Notes: generated by a model not told the origin, from the sequence alone. A DNA stretch of 64,000 nt from Octopus vulgaris (GCA_951406725.2 OX597821.1:31310001-31374000); one strand, 5' to 3'. Counted from the stretch's first letter, positions 40,851-54,480 are shown. Numbers and translations are program-made.

Positions 40851-41023
40851 CATATATACGACAGGCTTCTTTCAGTTTCCGTCTACCAAATCCACTCACA
40901 AGGCATTGGTCAACCCGGGGCTATAGCAGAAGACACATGCCCAAGATGCCACGCAGTGGAACTGAACCCGGAACCATGTGGTTGGTTAGCAAGCTACTTA
41001 CCACACAGCCACTCCTGCGCCTA
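40592..41023 (-). mobile_element. SINE family A, full-length young copy
   Basis: Head GGCGCAGGAGTGGCTGTGTGGTAAG...GGTTCAGTTCC; internal microsatellite; tail GGTGCTCCAGCATGGCCGCAGTCAAATGACTGAAACAAG(TAAAAGAG)n. Confidence 0.93.
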
Positions 41024-41716
41024 TGTATATTATTTTAATAAGTGATTTAAAAATAAAGCTACAACGTTTCAATGAAGTGCATAAATAGTATAAAAAACGA
41101 GGCGGTAGCTGTACATAAGAGATGTAAATAGTAAGAGATAAGAAAGGACAATATTTACACTATTAGCCTAAGTGAAGTATTTTCATGTAACTAAATTGGA
41201 ACAGTGACAAATGTGTCCATGCTTATAGAACAATAACACTAATACACATTCATAAACGCATTCACATACACAAAGATATATTGAGGTTTAGACGATATAC
41301 AAATAGGTGATGTCCATGAACATACTGGTTATATATCTTAGCTGATTATTGTTTCAGTTATTCAAGTTAAATTAGCCATAAACATGCATTTCTCATACAA
41401 AATGCCTCATACAAAATGAGTCTATATCCTTAGTATTCAAATATCATCATCGGCACGACAAATGTGGTGTTGATTACGAAACAGTGACCATGAGTATGTA
41501 ATTACAAGTAGGACATAAGAAGATTATTTTAAGTACATGTACCTCACTTTCGAACAATTCTGGGTTCCTGTCATTATATTCCTCGTCCTATAGTACTAAT
41601 TCCAGTTGCCATTTCGTAATTGAAATGCATTGTCAAGGGAGGTTGTAAGGTATACCAGCTCTTCGTTTCTCTCTCCCCGTGATTTTCCATACATACATAC
41701 ATAAATATATATATAT

Positions 41717-41762
<46 letters not shown>

Positions 41763-41916
41763 AATAAATATAAGAGAGTGTTCACTATATTGATCACTCT
41801 AGCACCAGTTAATCCAAGAGGTTTCAACCACGAAAAATACATGTTTCCCATGAAAGCCGGTACGACTGTTAGCTCACACGGACAGGGCAAATAAAAAATA
41901 ACAAAATACAGATTAT

Positions 41917-41994
41917 CTTGGGACAATTGTTTCGCTATTAATGAATTAAATGTAATATTATTTACAGTAATCCATTTGTAGCTCTTCAGCCAAG
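41917..41994 (-). ncRNA. Type I hammerhead ribozyme, copy 1
   Basis: CTTGG CTGAAGA GCTA...TAGC GAAA C-AATT-G TC CCAAG. Confidence 0.93.
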
Positions 41995-42451
41995 GCTATC
42001 TTGATGAAATCCACTCAATCACACGCCAGATTTTACCATAACGATAATTACGCGTGCGGTTCAATTGATTACATCGGACGTTATAATTCAAATGCCCCAA
42101 CCAACAGCGCGCCAAACTCTCACGGAAAACAAAATACAGCATTTAGAAATAAATGCAGCATAATTATAATTAATTAATAAGGGTGAGAGAATTAGATACT
42201 AATTTAATAGTATATTTATTCCACACCAAGTGGCCTAGTGCTACGAGAAACCTGGATTATTATAATATTTTATAACATATTATAATATTTTCACAAAATA
42301 AATATAAGAGAGTGTTCACTATATTGATCACTCTAGCACCAGTTAATCCAAGAGGTTTCAACCACGAAAAATACATGTTTCCCATGAAAGCCGGTACGAC
42401 TGTTAGCTCACACGGACAGGGCAAATAAAAAATAACAAAAATACAGATTAT

Positions 42452-42529
42452 CTTGGGACAATTGTTTCGCTATTAATGAATTAAATGTAATATTACTTAC
42501 AGTAATCCATTTGTAGCTCTTCAGCCAAG
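42452..42529 (-). ncRNA. Type I hammerhead ribozyme, copy 2
   Basis: Same motif, 535 bp from copy 1. Confidence 0.93.
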
Positions 42530-42941
42530 GCTATCTTGATGAAATCCACTCAATCACACGCCAGATTTTACCATAACGATAATTACGCGTGCGGTTCAAT
42601 TGATTACATCGGACGTTATAATTCAAATGCCCCAACCAACAGCGCGCCAAACTCTCACGGAAAACAAAATACAGCATTTAGAAATAAATGCAGCATAATT
42701 ATAATTAATTAATAAGGGTGAGAGAATTAGATACTAATTTAATAGTATATTTATTCCACTAATTAATTATAATTATGCTGCATTTATTTCTAAATGCTGT
42801 ATTTTGTTTTCCGTGAGAGTTTGGCGCGCTGTTGGTTGGGGCATTTGAATTATAACGTCCGATGTAATCAATTGAACCGCACGCGTAATTATCGTTATGG
42901 TAAAATCTGGCGTGTGATTGAGTGGATTTCATCAAGATAGC

Positions 42942-43019
42942 CTTGGCTGAAGAGCTACAAATGGATTACTGTAAGTAATATTACATTTAATTCATTAATA
43001 GCGAAACAATTGTCCCAAG
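42942..43019 (+). ncRNA. Type I hammerhead ribozyme, copy 3 (inverted)
   Basis: CTTGG CTGAAGA GCTA...TAGC GAAA CAATTG TC CCAAG; GUC at 43012-43014. Confidence 0.93.
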
Positions 43020-43360
43020 ATAATCTGTATTTTTGTTATTTTTTATTTGCCCTGTCCGTGTGAGCTAACAGTCGTACCGGCTTTCATGGGAAACATGTAT
43101 TTTTCGTGGTTGAAACCTCTTGGATTAACTGGTGCTAGAGTGATCAATATAGTGAACACTCTCTTATATTTATTTTGTGAAAATATTATAATATGTTATA
43201 AAATATTATAATAATCCAGGTTTCTCGTAGCACTAGGCCACTTGGTGTGGAATAAATATACTATTAAATTAGTATCTAATTCTCTCACCCTTATTAATTA
43301 ATTATATATATATATGTATACGTATATATACACTATATGTATATTGTATATATATAAAGC

Positions 43361-43394
<34 letters not shown>

Positions 43395-43420
43395 TATATA
43401 TACACATACATGGACGTGCC

Positions 43421-43479
<59 letters not shown>

Positions 43480-43483
<4 letters not shown>

Positions 43484-43914
43484 ATATTAGGGAATAAATC
43501 CAAATTTACAGGGAAAAAATCAGATTTAGGATTAAATCCAATTTTATAGTAAAATATTATAAAATATTATTAGAGACAAAACCACTATTTTGCAAAACAA
43601 ACAAGGAAAGACTTAATCAATACATAAAATTTTAATAAATAGTCAATACACATTCATAAACGCATTCACATACACAAAGATATATTGAGGTTTAGACGAT
43701 ATACAAATAGGTGATGTCCATGAACATACTGGTTATATATCTTAGCTGATTATTGTTTCAGTTATTCAAGTTAAATTAGCCATAAACATGCATTTCTCAT
43801 ACAAAATGCCTCATACAAATGTGTATTGACTATTTATTAAAATTTTATGTATTGATTAAGTCTTTCCTTGTTTGTTTTGCAAAATAGTGGTTTTGTCTCT
43901 AATAATATTTTATA
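43480..43914. mobile_element. Inverted-repeat element in (TA)n enclosing a captured local segment
   Basis: 95-bp perfect IR 43558-43652 / 43820-43914; 43645-43819 identical to 41241-41415. Confidence 0.9.
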
Positions 43915-43932
43915 TATATATATATATATATA

Positions 43933-44163
43933 CTTTATTTAAAAGCAGCAGAAAATTCAACAAAACCTGTTAGTCTAGCACGTCGGACAGATTCTGTTAC
44001 GTCGGACAGATTCTAGTAAAAACTGTCCGACAAACAGGAACGTGAAACTCAGAGTAACAGGTTTTGTTGAATTTTCTGCTGCTTTTAAATAAAGCATATT
44101 ACTCTACCACTGGTATTTGAGTACTCTTTTTTCCACCTTGTTTCACATTTATGTGTTTACTCC

Positions 44164-44166
<3 letters not shown>
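43933..44166 (+). mobile_element. Short PLE-type terminal fragment with 40-bp IR and decayed HHR (44023-44060)
   Basis: IR 43933-43972 / 44055-44094; CTGT CCGACAA ACAGGAACGT GAAA CTCAGAG TA ACAG. Confidence 0.65.
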
Positions 44167-44216
<50 letters not shown>

Positions 44217-44355
44217 ATGTATGTATGTATGCATATATGGGAACAGGACGTCATAAAAAACGTGAACAAAATGAGAAGCGAGGCAGACAAAATAAAGAAC
44301 ATTTCCTTCACCAGTATCCCCTGTTTTATCTACTGTGCGTTTCGAATGTAGGGAT

Positions 44356-44503
<148 letters not shown>

Positions 44504-44656
44504 TATATATGTATGTACATATATGTATATCTATATATCTCTCTATCTATCAATCTATCTATATATATATGTATAGGAATAGGTAGATAGATAGATAGAG
44601 AAATAGATAGAGATGTAGATAATACTTAGACTGAGGGATATATATACATATATATG

Positions 44657-44696
<40 letters not shown>

Positions 44697-45219
44697 TATA
44701 TATATACATGTGTGTGTACACACTCGTGTATATACTTAAATATGCATCCGCTTATACACACACATGTATATAAATATAATAATAGATAACTCTTACGTTA
44801 ATTATTGTGCTGCGTTGTAGTTACAGAACCCCATTAAAGTTTGTGGTACAATTTAATGAATAAAATATTCTAACTGTTCAGAAGATTGTAGAAAATTGCT
44901 TTAAGCTTATTGTTAGAAGCTGTCAAATTATTAAAACTCCTGAATACTTTGCCAATCGTTGAAATATAACAGCTTTGACTTTTACAGGTTTAGTCCATTT
45001 ACGTGACACGACAGCATTTCCGCCGCTCAATTCTTAATCATGCAATTATGAAGGCAAATAAATGAGTACATGCAACCATGTATACGCACATATACAACGT
45101 ACATATCAAATCAGATGCATGTACACCTATATAAACAGATACACACATCTATACATTCATATATATGTACGCATGTATGTATGTATATATAGATATATAG
45201 ATATATATATATATATATG

Positions 45220-45258
<39 letters not shown>

Positions 45259-45270
45259 TTATATATATAT

Positions 45271-45322
<52 letters not shown>

Positions 45323-45858
45323 TTATATATATATACATGAAAATATGTATTTAACATATATATATATATGCTTATATATATATATACATGAAAATATGCA
45401 TTTAACTTATATATATATATAGATACAAATCTAAACGAATATATGTGTCCGACTTTTTGTGTGTTTCCCAGTGTGGGCGTGAGTTTGTGTGTCTGTGTGT
45501 ATATGTGAATATGAGTGAGATTGATTTTCGTAGACAAAATATATGTGTGGATATACACTTGAACGTCATCATAAACAGACGTAGTCTGTTGCTTACAAAA
45601 TTCCACATTTACCGACCTGGCTTCGCTGTTTTGTATATCACTGGGAGATACTTATATAATGTTTCAAATAAATTTACATTCCCACACGGACATACACATT
45701 CCGATAGACAGGCGGGCGCACACTAACACACAGTCACATACACACATATATATATATACTGGCCCATTGTGGAAGACATAAATATTTTACATATAAGTAA
45801 ATGTACATGTTTGAATATGTATATATATATATATATATACAAATATAGATGTGTGTGC

Positions 45859-45914
<56 letters not shown>

Positions 45915-46831
45915 GTATGTAAGTATGCATAGGTATATGTATTTTGTGCGTATAATTAAATCAAGGAACCTGCGCATATATGTGTGTATTTATGTATCTA
46001 TTTATATACATATATACATATATATATAGACGTTCATAAGTCTGCATGCGCGTTTGTGTGTATTTACGTGTTCGAGTGAATGAGTGAGTGTGTGTATGTG
46101 GGTGTGTGTTTGTGTGTGTGTTTGTGTGTGTGTATGTGTGTGTGTGTATGTGTGTGTCTTTGTGTGTGAGTAAAACTTCTCATACATATACTTCTTATTA
46201 ATGCTAATTTGATTTGCTTAATACTAGAAATATCGGAAGTCGTTATAATATGGCCCATGACGCAAAATTCTCGGCATTGAATTTTAATAATGTCTTGTTT
46301 CTAATTATAGTATATAATTTTATTAACACTGTAGAAAAAACATTAAAAATATAAATATATAATATGATTATTTCTCTGCTGCATAAAGAAGCAAGGAATG
46401 ATATAAACACAAGAATAAAATTCGTTTGCAATTTATTTTTTCTCAAATTAATTTAATATAATATTTTGAAAAGGAAAAAGCGTGCAAACGTTGATTGTAT
46501 TTATTATTTCTTACATTTTATACACACATCAGTCTTGAAATAAGGAAATGCCCTGAGCAAATATGGCCAACGCTAAAAGCCTATTACACATTTCGAGATA
46601 TGAATATTAATACTGGTATTTAAAATTTAGCATAAAGACAAAATCTATTACGGGTGGAGATGTATTGTTCAATATTTACTATGAGAACTAATTTAAGCAA
46701 ATTTCATTTGAAAATTAGTTGACTTGCTGTTATCGCTTCTTTTCTGCGAATGTTACTGCTTTCGTCAAAAGTTAAAACTTATACGGTCAGATCTCAAGTC
46801 TACTAATACTATATATATATATATATATATA

Positions 46832-47018
46832 TGGCCAGCAATTTTTTTCTTCTGTCTTCCCTTCTCGGGATCTTTCCTTCTCCTTTGTTTCCTTCGAAGA
46901 GCTCCGCTCGAAACGTTAAACCCTCCTTCCTTTCTTTCCTGAGCGTCCAATAATACTTTATTTGTTCCACGTCCTCACGTTGCTGTGTTTTTTTTGTGTG
47001 TTTTCTTGTTTGGATTAA

Positions 47019-47020
<2 letters not shown>
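46832..47020 (+). mobile_element. Short insert between microsatellites with decayed HHR-like motif
   Basis: TTCGAAGAG CTCCG CTC GAAA CGTTA; pyrimidine-rich; (TA)n flanks. Confidence 0.5.
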
Positions 47021-47087
<67 letters not shown>

Positions 47088-47837
47088 CATGTATGTATCA
47101 GAAAATGAGATGAGAAGGGAACCGGTGACTATCTTACTAACTTAATGAGCTCTCAGCTGTTTTTGGTATAATATATAGCGAAATCATAGTTAAGTGTCTA
47201 AGTAACACTTTGTAGCTTCATCACAGCCGCGTCGAATATGATGAAATCATGACCAATAAGCTTTCGTGAAGCAACATGATGTTGCATATTACAGAAGAAC
47301 GGGCTTGGAGTTTATGAAGTTAATAACATAATCGTTTATTCATTTGTGATCTTCTCCTATTGCACTCTATACTTGACTAACACTGCGTTCTGAGCTGAAA
47401 GTATATAGAATGTTATTTGTTCTGCAATTTCTTAGCAATGTAAATAATATAATATACTATAATATATAATGTAACTATTTTACGGGCAGGTAATGCTTTT
47501 AGACAAAGTGTTTTGTTTATCGCACTCCTGTTATTGTAGGAATAGAGACGAACAAAAAGAAAATTGTTTTCAGCATTGCATATTAAATCACTTTTTAGCA
47601 AATAGTATTAATAAAAATACAAGTAGGCTCACAATGCACACAAAAAAATGGAACACTAAACAGGAAAATCAAATGTCTTCATGAAAAATTAATATATTAA
47701 ACGACTAGCATCAAAACTATCCACAATCAAGAGAAAATATTATATTTTATTTGAAAAATATCTGTTGCATAGCATGAAAGTATGCATCATCACACAAAGT
47801 GCTGCACTGAAAGCTTCTTTTATTTCTAATAATTATA

Positions 47838-48247
47838 TACTCTTTACTCTCTCTTTTACTCTTTTACTTGTTTCAGTCATTTGACTGCGGCCATGCTGGA
47901 GCACCGCCTTTAATCGAGCAACTCGACCCCGGGTCTTATTCTTTGTAAGCCCAGTACTTATTCTATCGGTTTACTTTGCTGACCCGCTAAGTGACGGGAC
48001 ATAAACACACCAGCATCGGTTGTCAAGCAATGCTAAGGGGACAAACACAAACACACACGCACACATATATATATGCATATATACGACGGGCTTCTTTCAG
48101 TTTCCGTCTACCAAATCCACTCACAAGGCTTTGGTCGGCCCGAGGCTATAGCAGAAGTCACTTGCCCAAGGTGCCACGCAATGGGACTGAACCCGGAACC
48201 ATGTGGCTGGTATACAAGCTATTTACCACACAGTCACTCCTGTGTGC
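47838..48247 (-). mobile_element. SINE family A, full-length
   Basis: High similarity to 40592-41023. Confidence 0.93.
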
Positions 48248-48654
48248 AAATTTATAAATTTTGTTTCCAAAACAACACTGTTTCATTGCACCAACTAAAG
48301 AAATCAACAGTATACTTTGGTAGACTCTGATATATTCCTTGCTCGGTGACTGAACGAAAATGGACACCATCATCCATTTCGTCAAACTAAAATCTAAAGA
48401 CAATCGCTACACCTGATCTATATACTTCAATCTCTCATGTCCCAAATCGCAGGAAACAGATGACGTGAATTTAATTATAGCGTAATGTCACTTAACTCTC
48501 ATTTCATCAACGTATTTGTAAAGGGTGTGAGATCAAATATAACTGGTCTCTAAATTCCGAACATGATGATTTTATCGTGGTAGAATATGCATAACAAAAT
48601 CCCTTCATCAATTTGGTGACACCATTCAACACTGGTATAATATATAATATATTT

Positions 48655-48887
48655 AAGGCGGTGAGCTGGCAGAAACGTTAGCACGCCGGGCGAAATGCTA
48701 AGCGGTATTTCGTCTGCCGTTACGTTCTGAGTTCAAATCCCGCCGAGGTTGACATTGCCTTTCATCCTTGCAGGGTCGATTAAATAAGTACCAGTTACGC
48801 ACTGGGGTCGATGTAATCGACTTAATCCGTTTGTCTGTTCTTGTTTGTCCCCTCTGTGTTTAGCCCCTTGTGGGTAGTAAAGAAATA
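48655..48887 (+). mobile_element. SINE family B, full-length
   Basis: Near-identical to 33280-33512; GGTATAATATAT on both flanks. Confidence 0.93.
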
Positions 48888-49334
48888 GGTATAATATATC
48901 CTGCCTTTAGCAAATACTTCCACAAGGTTAGCAAAATTATGGGATTCATGCCATACATTCAAACCCAATAAAAGTAAAGATTGATGCTGTAAATGAGAAA
49001 TAAATTCATCTGCGGTAATTTGAACAAGAGAAATTGTTCAAAAAGCATACTCTCATCTTTCAGCAGAACCATTCATGGTATCCAACAATACGATTGATTT
49101 AAGAATAATCGTTGATAACCAGCTGCAGCGCTCACATCAATTATACAGTTGATATGGATTACAAATGAGTCATGGATCATCATGTATTCCCGGTTCAGAG
49201 CCACATATCATGATTTTCCGTTTTATACTTTGTTCTGTCATACATAGAGTCCTACTAACCGCTGTGGTTCCAAATGATATTCACATCAAGTTTACGTTTC
49301 CCTGAAGGACGGGACTAATGCATATAAATATATA

Positions 49335-49625
49335 TATATTCCCCAGAATCGCCCTTGCGACGTTTTCCTCTTTCTAAAAATCAAATCCTACTTGAAATTA
49401 ATACGATTTCAGGACGTCGAGGAAATCAAAGTGAATGGGAGAAGGCAGCGGCTGATTATCACAAAAATGGGTTCCAGAAATGCTTCCATTAATGAAAACA
49501 GCGCTGGATTAAGTGTGCCGTTTCCGAAGGGGACTCCTTCGATGGAGATTAAATGTTAAATTGGTAGGTGTTGTAGTTTTGTTGTTATAGCACCAGTCCG
49601 GATACTTATTGATCAGCCATCGTAT
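49335..49625 (+). pseudogene. Mariner transposase 3' remnant with right TIR
   Basis: PCDVFLFLKIKSYLK..RFQDVEEIK..FQKCFH*..RWIKCAVSEGDSFDGD*; end ACTTATTGATCAGCCATCGTA. Confidence 0.85.
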
Positions 49626-50227
49626 ATTGCTATGCGTTTTTAATTAAACAGACAAGTGCAACGTTAACCCAATTTTATTGAGTATTTTGTTTATTGCTTT
49701 CTATATATCAGACAATGAACTATATGGAACACTCATCACATGAATAGCTTTAATATTATATGACATTACTGAGCAATGGTTTACACCCCCAACAACTAGC
49801 TTTGTTTTATCACCGTTAGGATAAAGATACGTTTTCGCCCTTAAATTCAGCTTCTCATGCCTGAGGACAACCAGCTTGAAAGCGCTTAGGAGACAACATG
49901 GTCACGCAAATGAGAAAGTAATAATGAGGTAATTATTGGTTACAAGGCTGAGTGTATGACGAAAGCAAATAGTCAATAGGACAAACTTCAGAACTTTCAA
50001 TATACTTATTTAATCAGCATGGGGAAGATTAGAAACAGGTTTCATGAGACTTATATTTGAAATAAGAAATCTACACGACATAACTAACACATTAATCAGA
50101 TATACCAATTTCCATTCAGTAACATGTCATTGTGAAGGCTTAGCATATGACGACAGCAAATAGTCAATTCTATCAACTCCAGTACGTTCAAGACTCGTAT
50201 TTAATTAGCATGAGGAGAAGCAGGTTT

Positions 50228-50541
50228 TTGTTGTTGTTGTTTGTTCCTTCTCGAGCCTCGCCTGGCCCATAAGTGCCAGTTTCCCGGTTTATTGGCGTAT
50301 AGGCTCCCCGCCTGGACGGGACACCGGTCCATCGCAGGTGAGCTGCAAGATGCAGGAGGAAGGAGTGAGAGAAAGTTGCGACGAAAGAGTCAGCAGAAGT
50401 TCGCCATTACCTTCTGCCGGAGCCGCGTGGAGCTTAGATGTTTCGCTCATAAACACACACACATCGCACGGTCTGAGATTCGAACCTGCGATCCCTCGAC
50501 AGTGAGTCCGCTGCTCTAACCTCTAGGCCATGTGCATCCAC
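50228..50541 (-). mobile_element. SINE family C, full-length with (CAA)n tail
   Basis: Reverse complement of 24728-25032; AGCAGGTTT on both flanks. Confidence 0.9.
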
Positions 50542-52202
50542 AGGAGCAGGTTTCAACAGAAATCACACTGTCATAACTAATGTTATTAATCATATATATC
50601 GATTTCTATTCACTACCTTTTCATAGTCATCTTCTAAAACTGATTCAATGATTGATAAAAAAGTAACGCAATCCAATATATGTACTTATTGTGTCGGATG
50701 CAACACAAATTTCTGTGTGTGAAACGTTTTAAGAAATGCAGTAGGAAAAAATGTTTAACAACTAAAACATAATATAACTAAAAGTGTAAGCATTCGTTTA
50801 AAATTTGGAAATAAACGTTAACAGAACATATGAGGAGCTGTTCATCACCCATTCTGCAAGATATCATATACTTGTATGACAAAGGAGATTCAGATTATTG
50901 GATGCAACAACGTAAAGTGAACTGTCTTGCCCAATGGCTTCATCACTGCTATTGCCTGAATTGTATTATATTTCTGAATTATTACCAATTTTACCATATT
51001 TTCGCCTTGAAATGTTCATTTCCCATTCCCAGCAGAGAAAATTGGTAAAGTGATAAATGATTAACTCTCATAAATAACAGCAATTATTTAATGTAATTAA
51101 TCTCATTCAGCTTTTTCATTAGGACTTGAATAATATTTTGAATAAAATATCATCCTAAATTGTTGGACGATAATATTCAAATTAATGCAATGTTTTGTCA
51201 ATTCTTAATTATCAATTTCGTAATTACAAGTAAAGACTAATATTAATATATTTTAATGAACAATTTTCTTTTTCCGGTGATTAATAAGCTGGGGTAATTT
51301 CTCTTCAAAAATGTTGAAGATAATGTATTACATAGTCCTGTGGATATAAGAGATAAAATGCTACCCGCTTTAATTTACATTCATTCAAAAAATCTCCAGG
51401 TTTTTGAAAAGGTTTCGTCTCATGCGTATTACAAATTAATAGAAATGAAAGAAAAAAATTGCGGTAGGAATTTAAATCAATGAAGAATAAAAAAAAAAGC
51501 AATCCTGTTTAAATAAATACACACATATTAATGTAAAAATCTTAAAACCCATAAAGTAACCTGTGATTATACATGCCTTGCACAACCAGGCAACAAATGA
51601 GAACACTAGCAGGTTATTTAGTCATCCTTTGAATATTGAAGTGGTGTTCAAGAATACAAACGTTCTCGATTTGGTCATATAGAATATTATACATGGACTG
51701 TAAAAGAGAAAGTAAAACAGTAAAAGCGTTAAAATAATTTTTTAACTATTATGTTCCATTTCGACATTTTCTTCCTTAACTTATAAAAAAATCATAATTG
51801 AAGTAAAATGCATATAAACAATGCGGATTAAAAATGTTGAGACTAAATTTTAAAACTAGTTTTAAAATTTTAATTAATTAAATTATGGCTGGCACGGCAA
51901 GGTTCGGCGAATTTATTTGCACCCCCGCATGTTTGTTAGTTACATTCGTAACTGATAAAATACAAAAAAATATAGGAATAATTATAGAATTATAAATAAG
52001 TTGTGGAGCGTCCTGGTGATTGTGGTAGCAGTTAAGACAGATTTCTGAAAAAGATTAAGGGTCTCGGGAACATTAAACGCACCTCATGAAACACGTGTAG
52101 AAGTGAAATTTGGAACTGAAATAGTATTAAAATAAAATTCTGGGGTATGGTGTGGTGTACGTTAGGATTTGATAAATTGCATGGGGACTTCTATCTCTAA
52201 AT

Positions 52203-52302
<100 letters not shown>

Positions 52303-52994
52303 TGCGTGTGTAAGCGTGTATGTGTCAAGCGTTCAAAAGCCAAGGCCAGCGAAGGACAATCACATTTGCCATCAGTCGTGAAGAACAAATCAGCAGTACA
52401 AAAAAATAAAATGCTAATCCCTTTAAAACGGCCACCTCTTTAATAGTACCTGTTTCCGAATACCACTACATCTACACATTCAAAGCAGTTTGCCAACGAC
52501 TCTTCAGTATCAAAACGCTCTGATAAGCTCAATGCCTACTACTAAATTCAGGACACGACAGACAAATTTATGTTTTTGAAGCCGAGCATTTTAAACTTAC
52601 TGAAACATTATTTACATATCACCGGAGGAAACACAAGGTGATCTCATAATGCAGGTGAATGGTTGCATAATCAAGTACTTGCATACCTGGAGACGTACAC
52701 TGCTTCGAAACAATCGTAGTTATTAAAAAATAAATGTTTAAACATATCTTTCCTGTTGACTCCTTTTTTTTTCAGATTCCTATACCTATTCACACACGAG
52801 AAATTCCCAAACGCATACCTACAAGTACGTATGATGCTATTACTGGATAGCACTGGATAAATCTGAAGGTGGACAGGATTCATACTGTACTCTACTAGAA
52901 TGTTGGAATCCTTTTTGTCACGGGAGACAATGGAGTTGCGCATAAAATAGTCTAGTCCGGCTTTTACATTTCATGTCCTAATACATTTCCTGCT

Positions 52995-53450
52995 GTGGCT
53001 ATGAAGTCCTATCCTGGACAAACACTCCCTCTGGCAGGTGCCGCAAATGTAGCGAAGACTGTTCCTGGCTGGTTGTAATATCATAGTTTCTGTCACTCCT
53101 TTGTATTCCCTCTTTTACGGTACGTCGCCAATCTCCACGATTGCTGGCAGCTGATTCCCAGTTGCTAATATTGATGTTGTAGGCCTTCATGTCACTTTTG
53201 CAAACATCCTTGTAATGTAAGAACAGTCTTCCCACAGACCTAGTGCCCCTAGCAAGGTCTCCGTAGATTATGTCCTTGGGGATTCTGCCATCTTTCATAC
53301 GGCTAACATCTCCTACGTCTTTGTGTGAGTAGTGCAAATATGCTTGGTATTCCTGCTTGCTTCAGGACATCTTTGTCAGGGACATGGTTCTGCCATTTGA
53401 TGCGAAGGATTTTCCGGGGGCAGCGCAGGGGAAAGATGTTTAGGCGACTT
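52995..53450 (-). mobile_element. RTE/BovB-like LINE fragment
   Basis: RMKDGRIPKDIIYGDLARGTRSVGR...YKDVCKSDMK...WE..A.NR..WR..VK.G. Confidence 0.9.
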
Positions 53451-53975
53451 ACCAGAATATACCATAACTTATATATGTATATATATATTCCTCAACTATA
53501 TATAAAACAGTCATTTGTATTCTTGGTCTATTGTCCACCGTATATAGTTTGCTATTTTACGCTTTGTGTAGTTATTGATAATCAGATACTAATCATGTCC
53601 GTAATTTCATTTAAAATATAGAAAGTAGATGTAAACTAATGAATAGCTTCTAATCTTCTATTCTAGCATTTAAATCACCAATATTTCTTGGCATCAAGTT
53701 TAAATCAATGTTATCAGTCGATTTAACAACATCTCTCAAACCATATCCAACTTCTTGAAAATTACTTCAATAAATATATTCGTTCGGGTTGGGTTGACTT
53801 AAGTCTGAACACTACTTAAGCACGATTCAGAGTATCATGTTTTACTCTATCTATTCAATGCAATGGTGATTTTGACGCAGACATCGATTATCCGTGAGAA
53901 GTAATGTAAGACATACTGCATAAATATATTTCTGGGTAGCGTGTGGCTGACAAAAGTAATATCTATATAAGCATA

Positions 53976-54059
<84 letters not shown>

Positions 54060-54480
54060 TACGTTGACCTAGTTCCCTCATCATATAGTAGTAATTGGCA
54101 TGCATTCCTTTTATGGAGTTCTGAAACTCCCTTTACCCCATTTCTACAATTACAAAATCTTTATTGCTTCAACTTACTTCTCCCTCTCACAACCTTACAG
54201 CAGTCTGGAACAACCAAATCTTAGTCAGTCAGTGAAGGGACTCCAGTACTTCATATGTTCTTAACATTTAAATCCACATCTTTGTCTATATATCTACCTT
54301 CTCTATAATGTTGCCACTTGATTTGAAAAAAATTTGTATTAATGGAAAACCTCTATAATTGACTGATGAGTACTCAGCATCTTAAATCTGTTGTAATACT
54401 TACAACATTTAATAAAATGATGTAGTACGAAACGATCGTACCGAATTACCGGAGTCATTCTTGTTGCTTATTTTGAGTAT
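54060..54480 (+). mobile_element. Solo PLE pLTR fragment related to the 4263-4789 pLTR
   Basis: Shares CTGATGAGTAC...GAAACGAT.GTAC and downstream CATTCTTGTTGCTT; (TA)n flanks. Confidence 0.75.
54356..54448 (+). ncRNA. Type I hammerhead ribozyme
   Basis: TAATTGA CTGATGA GTACT..CATC...GATG.AGTAC GAAA C-GATC-G TA CCGAATTA; stem I imperfect. Confidence 0.85.

Larger units (their letters stand above)
41764..43306. mobile_element. Retrozyme/pLTR-like non-coding element: ~1.9 tandem 535-bp monomers (minus) plus one inverted, circularly permuted monomer
   Basis: 41764-42223 repeats at +535 with about two differences; 42165-42711 and 42760-43306 are reverse complements; one HHR per monomer; (TA)n on both flanks. 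Confidence 0.92.

Noticed and set aside
41633-41926. 97-aa ORF in the retrozyme-like monomer (WLKPLGL)
   Set aside because: Non-ATG start, runs into (TA)n, and only a superficial likeness to an endonuclease C-terminus
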